Positions 5,677 through 10,832 of a stretch of DNA of 10,832 nucleotides are shown one piece after another. Source of the stretch: Okeania sp. GTDB taxonomy: Bacteria > Cyanobacteriota > Cyanobacteriia > Cyanobacteriales > Microcoleaceae. Below the pieces are notes generated by a model. It did no database searches. It was given only the letters and a program-made list of their open reading frames with translations, and was not told the origin of the DNA. The DNA lies in NCBI RefSeq assembly GCF_035285525.1, contig NZ_JAYKGW010000153.1, positions 1 to 10,832 of the forward strand, in the 5' to 3' direction. Both the position numbers and the translations under genes were made by a program. The first letter of the stretch is position 1. Each line of letters opens with the position of its first letter.

Positions 5677-7857
5677 ATGAATACCCCCTCCAATTTTTCC
5701 AGCTCACAAACTCCAAAAGCTGAAAACCTAACACAAGAAGCGGAACTTTACTACGCTCAAGGACAATTGTCAGAAGCGATCGCTTGTTGTCATGAAGCTT
5801 TAACTTTACAACCTAATTGGGCACCTACTTATGTTACCTTGGCAAATATTCTTCAGGCCCAGGGTAACATCTCAGAAGCAATTAGTCAATATAATCAGGC
5901 CATAGATTTGAATCCTGACTTATCCCAAGCTCATGTTAACTTGGGCAGTATGTTTTATCGTCAGGGAAAATTAGAAGAGGCGATCGCTTGTTACCGGAAA
6001 GCTATTCAACTCCAACCAGAGATGGCCGCTGCTTATTGGAATTTGGCCAAAGTGTGGCAAAAGATGGGTAAGTCAGATGAAGCGATCGCCTCCCAACAAA
6101 AAGCATTAGAATTAAATCCTAATTTAGGAGGAGTAGAGTTTAGTTTAAGGGAGGGATACAGGTTAGCTGAAGTGGGTAAATTAGCAGAAGCTATTGCAGC
6201 TTGGCAAACAGGGATTAAACTTCAGCCGGACTTAGGGGAAGCTTATTGTCAAATTGGAATTATTTGCAGAAATCAAGGTAAATTTTTTGAAGCTCTTCAA
6301 AACCTGAAAAAAGCGATTGAAATTCAACCTAATTATGTTACAGCTCATCAACATTTATGTGGCATTTTGAGAGATGGTAATAATTATCAAGTTGCTAGGG
6401 AAGCGGTGAATAAATATAGTCAAGAATGTAGTGAAATCGATCCGATTATGACTGCTATATATATGATTAGTACCCATCAAGTATCTGGCTTAAATGAAAT
6501 TGCTAAAGATAGATTTTTGGAGCTGGAAACTAAACTGATAGAAGATATAAATATTATCAAAAAATCAGTTGAATTAAAATCTTTATATGGAAACTTTTTA
6601 TTCAGCGTTCCTTATTTAAGAGATGATATTGAAGCTAACTCTCATTTCTACAAGTTAATATCTAATGCTTATAGTCAACTTGTTCTCAAACCTAAGTATA
6701 ATAATCAGCAAAAATTGACAAATTTTGAGTATAGTCAAAGCCGAAAATTAAAAGTTGGATTTATATCCAGTCATTTTTGTAGACATTCTGTAGGTTGGTG
6801 TAGTCTCGATTTAATTAGAGAGTTAGGAAAGCTCGATACAGAAACTTATTTATATTCAACAGAACGTCTAAAAGTAGATGACCAAACCAATAAATTTAGT
6901 CAAGCTGTCACTAAATTATATGTACCGAAAAAATATCCTCAAGGAATAGCAGATGTCAAAGAAATTATTAGTGAAATTCAGCAAGACAAAATAGATATAT
7001 TAATAGACTTAGACTCTCTAAGTTTACCAATTAATACAGAGATTCTCTATCATCAACCAGCACCTATTTGTATATCTTGGTTAGGATTTGATGCTCCTTA
7101 CATATCCTCAGATAATTATTTTCTCTGTGACTGGAATACTCATCCCCAAAACCGAGATAAATACTATGTCGAAAAATTAGTGAGAATGCCAAATTCATTT
7201 GTAGCAGTTTCTGGTTTTGAAAGAATAGAAACAAATAAAGTTAAATTAAGAAGGTCTCAGAGAATAGATTCAGAGCAAATAGTTTATCTCTGTTTAACAC
7301 CAGGTAGGAAATTTAATCGAGATTTAGTGAAAGCGCAAGTTACTATTTTGAAGCAAGTTCCTAATAGTATTTTAGTTCATAAAGGATTAGGAGATTTAGA
7401 AGTATTTAAAGCTGCTTATTATGAAGCTTGTCAAGCAGAAGGAATAAGTATTCATCGAATTAAATTTATGGATAGATTTTCTACAGAAGAAGAACACAGA
7501 ACTATTTATTCTTTAGGAGATATTTTGCTTGATTCTTATCCTTATAATGGTGGTACTCATACTTTAGAAGCTTTATGGTTTAACTTGCCAGTTGTTACTC
7601 ATACTGGAGAACAATTTTTATCTAGAATGGGTTATTCTTTTCTAGAGAGTTTAGATATTAAATTAGGAGTATCATGGTCATGGAAAGAATATATTGATTG
7701 GGGTGTGAAATTAGGTCAAGATTCTAATTTACGACAAGAATATATTGATATGTTAGTTAAGTCTAAAGAGTCGGAAAATTTAGCACCTTTGTGGAATCCC
7801 AAAAAATTTGCTCAAGATATGTATGCCATGATAGAACAATTAATAATGAACAATTAA
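5677..7857 (+). CDS. TPR-repeat protein with C-terminal GT41-family (SPINDLY / O-GlcNAc transferase-like) glycosyltransferase domain
   Basis: 726-aa ORF. Residues ~20-250 form about 6-7 34-residue TPR units (AExYYxQGxLxEAIAxYxxALxLxPN pattern). The C-terminal ~370 aa carry GT41/SPY-like motifs: KVGFISSHFCRHSVGW and ILLDSYPYNGGTHTLEALWFNLPVVTHTGEQFLSRMGYSFL. Confidence 0.9.
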   Translation: MNTPSNFSSSQTPKAENLTQEAELYYAQGQLSEAIACCHEALTLQPNWAPTYVTLANILQAQGNISEAISQYNQAIDLNPDLSQAHVNLGSMFYRQGKLEEAIACYRKAIQLQPEMAAAYWNLAKVWQKMGKSDEAIASQQKALELNPNLGGVEFSLREGYRLAEVGKLAEAIAAWQTGIKLQPDLGEAYCQIGIICRNQGKFFEALQNLKKAIEIQPNYVTAHQHLCGILRDGNNYQVAREAVNKYSQECSEIDPIMTAIYMISTHQVSGLNEIAKDRFLELETKLIEDINIIKKSVELKSLYGNFLFSVPYLRDDIEANSHFYKLISNAYSQLVLKPKYNNQQKLTNFEYSQSRKLKVGFISSHFCRHSVGWCSLDLIRELGKLDTETYLYSTERLKVDDQTNKFSQAVTKLYVPKKYPQGIADVKEIISEIQQDKIDILIDLDSLSLPINTEILYHQPAPICISWLGFDAPYISSDNYFLCDWNTHPQNRDKYYVEKLVRMPNSFVAVSGFERIETNKVKLRRSQRIDSEQIVYLCLTPGRKFNRDLVKAQVTILKQVPNSILVHKGLGDLEVFKAAYYEACQAEGISIHRIKFMDRFSTEEEHRTIYSLGDILLDSYPYNGGTHTLEALWFNLPVVTHTGEQFLSRMGYSFLESLDIKLGVSWSWKEYIDWGVKLGQDSNLRQEYIDMLVKSKESENLAPLWNPKKFAQDMYAMIEQLIMNN

Positions 7858-8000
7858 TAATTAACAACTGGACAGTGCCAAGTTCTAGGAATAACTATTG
7901 CTAGCTAATAGCTAAGGTTTTGAGCTATATAAAAGTTAGAAACTTTCTATTGAATAATTTAGGTGATTTCAGCAATTAATAATGAACAATTAATAATTAA
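7837..8000 (+). repeat. Perfect 28-bp direct repeat pair (7837-7864 and 7973-8000), 136 bp apart
   Basis: CAATTAATAATGAACAATTAATAATTAA occurs identically at both positions. The first copy encodes most of the last seven codons (EQLIMNN) and the stop of the GT41 gene. The 28-mer itself contains CAATTAATAA twice. Confidence 0.9.
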
Positions 8001-8136
8001 TAATTACCCCTTCTTCAAAGAAGGGGATTGACTAATCATGAAAATTTTTTATTTATCCCCTAGGATAGGGGAGGCTTCCAGAGGTGAATTGTTGAATGAA
8101 TAATTATTGACTATCAACTTTTAATTATTCGGTAAG
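8000..8136 (-). repeat. Copy B (inverted) of the ~140-bp dispersed repeat seen at 5288-5430
   Basis: The reverse complement reads CTTACCGAATAATTAA...AATTCACCTCTGGAAGCCTCCCC...GGGGTAATTAT. Hairpins are CCCCTTCT-tcaa-AGAAGGGG (8007-8026) and CCCCTA-gga-TAGGGG (8057-8071). Confidence 0.65.
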
Positions 8137-8278
8137 CTTGTACAAGTAATACTGTCAACCTTTAAAGCAAATATTTTTTTTAGGAGAACTTTGTACTCTT
8201 CAGTGAATAAATCTCAAAATTTTATCTAGTAGTTATCTTGTCTCAACCCTATTGACTGATATAGTTATTCTGAATCAG

Positions 8279-8379
8279 AATAGACATCTGCGGAAAAGAG
8301 GGAACAGGGAACAGGAAGGAGTAGTTAATGATTTATAGATAAGAATTGATTCTATTTTTTATTTCTGGAGATGTCTAAT
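8279..8379 (+). repeat. Copy 2 of the ~100-bp hairpin/MITE-like element seen at 5518-5620
   Basis: The left end is AATAGACATCTGCGGAAAA and the right end is TTTCTGGAGATGTCTAAT (8362-8379). The internal block GATAAGAATTGATT and the terminal TGGAGATGTCTAAT are identical to copy 1. The internal (GGGAACA)x2 at 8300-8315 replaces GGCAATGGGCAATAGG of copy 1. The element ends 169 nt upstream of the 8549 start. Confidence 0.7.
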
Positions 8380-8439
8380 GAAACATTTTTTTTAACTGAA
8401 ACTCTTTGATAGTAAAAAATTATTGTCTCAGGTTCGCTA

Positions 8440-8500
8440 ATAACTGATAAATGATAACTGAAATAACCTGTTCCCTATTCCCTGTTCCCCATTCCCTATC
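8440..8500. repeat. Compound STRR-like heptamer arrays: (ATAACTG/ATAAATG)x4 followed directly by (CCTGTTC/CCTATTC/CCCATTC)x~4.7
   Basis: Direct reading gives ataactg ataaatg ataactg aaataac, then cctgttc cctattc cctgttc cccattc cctatc. The second array is the inverse complement of GGGAACAGGGAACAGG at 8300-8315. The arrays end 48 nt before the channel start codon. Confidence 0.85.
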
Positions 8501-8548
8501 TCAACTAGGAAATTAATTTTCCACAACTATTTAACTGAAAGAACTGAA

Positions 8549-9904
8549 GTGAAAATACCTATATTTAATCCCTATAGTAAACTTATTAAATTCTGGGAAG
8601 TATTGATTGTATGTGTTACCACTTATAATGCTTTTCTGATTCCATTCAGAATTGCTTTTAAAACAAGATTTAATGACATCTGGATTATATTAGATTTAAT
8701 CGGGGATACTATTCTAGTAGCCGATATATTTCTCCAATTTCATCTAGGTTACTTTGAGCTAGGAGAATATATTGATGACCAAAAAAAGATAGGTCAACAT
8801 TATTATAATTCCGGACTTTTTCTCAGACATTTAATAGTGAGTTTTCCTGGAGATTTAATCGCCAGAATTTCATTGCCCAACTCACTATTTATTATCGCCT
8901 GGTTGAGATTAACTCGTTTATTACGCTTACCTCAATTTTATCGAATTTTTAACAAGTGGGAAACTGATATTCATATTAATCCTACTTTGCTGAGAATGTT
9001 TAAATTAGTAATATTAATTATTTTAATTACTCATTGGGTAGGTTGTATTTGGTTTGTGATTGGTAGTTGGGAATCTAGTCACGGAAGTTCTTGGTTAATT
9101 TCTAAATCATTAGATTCAGCAAGTACAACAACTCAATATATTAACTCTCTATATTGGGCAATTACAACTCTGACTACCGTTGGATATGGAGATATTACTC
9201 CCGTTACTGAAATTGAAATAACATTTACTTTAATAGTTATGTTTTTAGGGATATCTCTATATGCTTATATTATTGGTAACGTATCTTCATTAATGTCTAA
9301 CTTAGATGCTGTAACAACTAGATATCGAGAAAAGCTAGAGCAAATTCAAACCTATATGCGAGATAATAGAATTACTCTGAAGTTACAAGAAAATATTAGA
9401 GACTATTATCAATATATATGGCTAGAAAATCAAGATATTAGAGATTATCATATACTAGAAGAATTACCAGTTCCTTTAAGGATGAGATTAGCACTAGAGC
9501 TGCACAAAGAAGTAATTGAAAAAGTTCCAATTTTTCAAAATGCAAATCCAAATTTTGTGGGAGAAATAGTAATGGTATTAAAACCAGAAATACTACCTCC
9601 GAATGAATATATAATTCGTGAAGGTAAATGGGGAAATGAAATGTACTTTATTAGACGTGGAGCGGTGCAAGCTTTTTCAGAAAAAACTGGTACTGTATAT
9701 AGAATTATGGAGGCAGGTACATTCTTTGGAGAAATTGCTATTTTATATGAAAAGCAACGTACTGCATCTGTTAAGACATTAACTTACTGTGAGTTATTTA
9801 TCTTATATAAAGATGACTTTAAAAAAGTATTAGAACATTATCCAGAGTTTGCAGATCATGTTCAGAAAATAGCAGAAGAACGTTATGGAACTGGAATAAG
9901 TTAA
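8549..9904 (+). CDS. Cyclic-nucleotide-modulated K+ channel: 6-TM voltage-sensor-like + pore domain, C-linker, and C-terminal cyclic-nucleotide-binding domain (SthK/TerK/AmaK-type prokaryotic CNG/HCN homologue)
   Basis: 451-aa ORF. There is an S4-like segment with regularly spaced R/K residues (WLRLTRLLRLPQFYR). The K+ selectivity filter TTVGYGD is at 9173-9193. An HCN/CNG-like C-linker follows (RYREKLEQIQTYMRDNRITLKLQENIRDYYQYIW...ELPVPLRMRLALELH). The CNBD phosphate-binding cassette FFGEIAILYEKQRTASV is at 9722-9772. The start is a GTG with no clear SD, and it is the first canonical start after the in-frame stop at 8459-8461. Confidence 0.92.
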   Translation: MKIPIFNPYSKLIKFWEVLIVCVTTYNAFLIPFRIAFKTRFNDIWIILDLIGDTILVADIFLQFHLGYFELGEYIDDQKKIGQHYYNSGLFLRHLIVSFPGDLIARISLPNSLFIIAWLRLTRLLRLPQFYRIFNKWETDIHINPTLLRMFKLVILIILITHWVGCIWFVIGSWESSHGSSWLISKSLDSASTTTQYINSLYWAITTLTTVGYGDITPVTEIEITFTLIVMFLGISLYAYIIGNVSSLMSNLDAVTTRYREKLEQIQTYMRDNRITLKLQENIRDYYQYIWLENQDIRDYHILEELPVPLRMRLALELHKEVIEKVPIFQNANPNFVGEIVMVLKPEILPPNEYIIREGKWGNEMYFIRRGAVQAFSEKTGTVYRIMEAGTFFGEIAILYEKQRTASVKTLTYCELFILYKDDFKKVLEHYPEFADHVQKIAEERYGTGIS

Positions 9905-9908
9905 TACT

Positions 9909-9929
9909 AAGGAAGAAGGAAGAAGGAAG
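9909..9929 (+). repeat. Polypurine heptamer repeat (AAGGAAG)x3 starting 5 nt after the channel stop codon
   Basis: Direct reading: aaggaag aaggaag aaggaag gg. Same unit as the array at 10765-10832. Confidence 0.9.
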
Positions 9930-10055
9930 GGAAAAAACCTTTAACAAAAAGGAATAAACTATAGAGATAAACATCTAAAATTAATTGGAGTAGCTATTTT
10001 TAAACATTTCCGATCAACATCTATCTTTTTCCCTATTCTATTTATCGCTATTCTT

Positions 10056-10082
10056 CCCCTCCTGGGAGGGGTTAGGGGTGGG
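10056..10082 (+). other. G/C-rich island: CCCCTCC/GGAGGGG hairpin overlapping a canonical four-tract G-quadruplex motif
   Basis: CCCCTCCTGGGAGGGGTTAGGGGTGGG. The stem pairs CCCCTC (10056-10061) with GAGGGG (10066-10071). The G-tracts are GGG(10064-66)-A-GGGG(10068-71)-TTA-GGGG(10075-78)-T-GGG(10080-82). It lies about 80-105 nt upstream of the miaE start, in otherwise AT-rich DNA. Confidence 0.5.
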
Positions 10083-10160
10083 TTGGCTCCTGTCTCGTTT
10101 GGCAAAAACCGACATCCCGTGCAAAGATATGGTTAGAGCTTATATATATAGAAAAAAAAT

Positions 10161-10760
10161 ATGCAAGTATCAAAAACACCAACAATTAAATATATTAAAC
10201 AACCAACTTCTCAAGCTTGGATAGAACAAGCGATCGCTAATTTAGACATTATTTTATTAGACCATTCTCACTGTGAAAGAAAAGCAGCAGGAGTAGCTAT
10301 AAATTTAATGTTTCGTTATCCTTCTAATGCTAAACTTATTAAAATGTTAACTGCTATTGCTCATGAAGAATTAGAACATTTTGAACAAGTAAATCAGTGG
10401 TTAGAACGTCGAAATATTCCTTTAGCACCTTTAAATTCTCCTCCTTATGGAGCTGCTTTAAACAGTCAAGTTCGGCGAAATGAGCCTGAAAGAATGTTAG
10501 ATTTATTATTAGTTTACTGTTTAATAGAAGCTCGTAGTCACGAACGTTTAGGTTTACTCGCTGATTATTGTCATGATTCTGAATTAGCAAAATTTTATCG
10601 TAGTTTAATGACATCTGAAGCTAGACATTATGGAGTATATTGGGTTTTAGCTACAACTTATTTTGAACAGAAAGTTGTGGAGAAAAGATTAGAAGAATTA
10701 GCACTATTTGAAAGTGAAATACTGAGTAATTTACATCCAGAACCGAGGATTCATAGTTAA
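10161..10760 (+). CDS. miaE: tRNA-(ms2io6A37)-hydroxylase MiaE (ferritin-like non-haem di-iron monooxygenase)
   Basis: 199-aa ORF. The N-terminal PTSQAWIEQAIANLDIILLDHSHCERKAA matches my recollection of the MiaE N-terminus (TPQAWIEQA...DHLVCELKAA). The di-iron ligand pattern is E39, E70-x-x-H73 (EELEHF), E123 (IEARSHERL) and E153-x-x-H156 (SEARHY). Confidence 0.85.
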   Translation: MQVSKTPTIKYIKQPTSQAWIEQAIANLDIILLDHSHCERKAAGVAINLMFRYPSNAKLIKMLTAIAHEELEHFEQVNQWLERRNIPLAPLNSPPYGAALNSQVRRNEPERMLDLLLVYCLIEARSHERLGLLADYCHDSELAKFYRSLMTSEARHYGVYWVLATTYFEQKVVEKRLEELALFESEILSNLHPEPRIHS

Positions 10761-10764
10761 TATT

Positions 10765-10832
10765 AAGAAGGAAGAAGGAAGAAGGAAGAAGGAAGAAGGA
10801 AGAAGGAAGAAGGAAGAAGGAAGAAGGAAGAA
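10765..10832 (+). repeat. Polypurine heptamer tandem array (AAGGAAG)n, at least 9 copies, truncated by the window end
   Basis: Begins 5 nt after the miaE stop: TAA tatt aag aaggaag aaggaag ... and continues uninterrupted to position 10832. It is 100% purine on the + strand and a mirror repeat. Confidence 0.95.

Noticed and set aside
8038-8103. 21-codon ORF (MKIFYLSPRIGEASRGELLNE) inside repeat copy B, with AAGGGG 11 nt upstream
   Set aside because: The equivalent position in repeat copy A (reverse complement of 5340-5420) has no start codon and no open frame. The ORF is therefore not a conserved feature of the element.
8140-8152. NtcA-like palindrome GTACAAGTAATAC
   Set aside because: The spacing is GTA-N7-TAC, whereas the canonical NtcA site is GTA-N8-TAC. 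There is no appropriately placed -10 box.
10354-10614. 86-aa antisense ORF inside miaE
   Set aside because: It lies opposite a CDS with clear MiaE di-iron motifs, is low-complexity, and has no RBS.
1-10832. Search for tRNA, rRNA, tmRNA, RNase P RNA, CRISPR arrays, transposase or integrase genes, and known defence-system genes
   Set aside because: I found no T-loop GGTTCGAA-type motifs in a tRNA context, no RNase P P4 (GAGGAAAGUCCGG) or similar signatures, and no 25-40-nt repeat-spacer arrays. All tandem repeats have 7-8-nt units. No ORF has nuclease, ATPase, RT or recombinase motifs. This was a scan by eye only and should be confirmed with tRNAscan-SE, Infernal/Rfam, and DefenseFinder or PADLOC.

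Overview
AT-rich cyanobacterial chromosomal DNA. There are five perfect HIP1 octamers (GCGATCGC) at 4616, 5776, 5980, 6082 and 10230, where far fewer than one is expected by chance. Heptamer STRR-type tandem repeats are abundant. The low GC, roughly one-third non-coding sequence and repeat load suggest a Trichodesmium-like filamentous organism; this is inference, not proven.

Supported genes:
(1) An edge-truncated hypothetical ORF on the minus strand (1-326), absent from the ORF track.
(2) A small stand-alone HTH protein (477-971).
(3) A 5'-truncated fragment of a group II PLP-dependent decarboxylase (1144-1758, minus), a pseudogene whose break abuts a heptamer array.
(4) A soluble PQQ-type sugar/sorbosone dehydrogenase beta-propeller fused to about 12 RTX nonapeptide repeats (2502-4382).
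(5) A TPR + GT41 (SPINDLY/O-GlcNAc-transferase-like) glycosyltransferase (5677-7857).
(6) A 6-TM, TVGYGD-pore, C-linker + CNBD cyclic-nucleotide-modulated K+ channel of the SthK/TerK type (8549-9904).
(7) The di-iron tRNA hydroxylase MiaE (10161-10760).

I see no tRNA or rRNA gene, CRISPR array, transposase, or recognisable multi-gene defence or biosynthetic system. The genes look functionally unrelated.

The unusual content is in the intergenic DNA:
- a 264-bp MITE with perfect 20-bp terminal inverted repeats;
- a ~115-nt long hairpin element;
- a ~140-bp element present as inverted copies that bracket the GT41 gene;
- a ~100-bp hairpin element present in the same orientation upstream of two consecutive genes;
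- polypurine (AAGGAAG)n arrays that begin at a conserved junction overlapping the stop codons of two consecutive genes.

These repeat architectures are candidate mobile or regulatory RNA elements, not a demonstrated new system.
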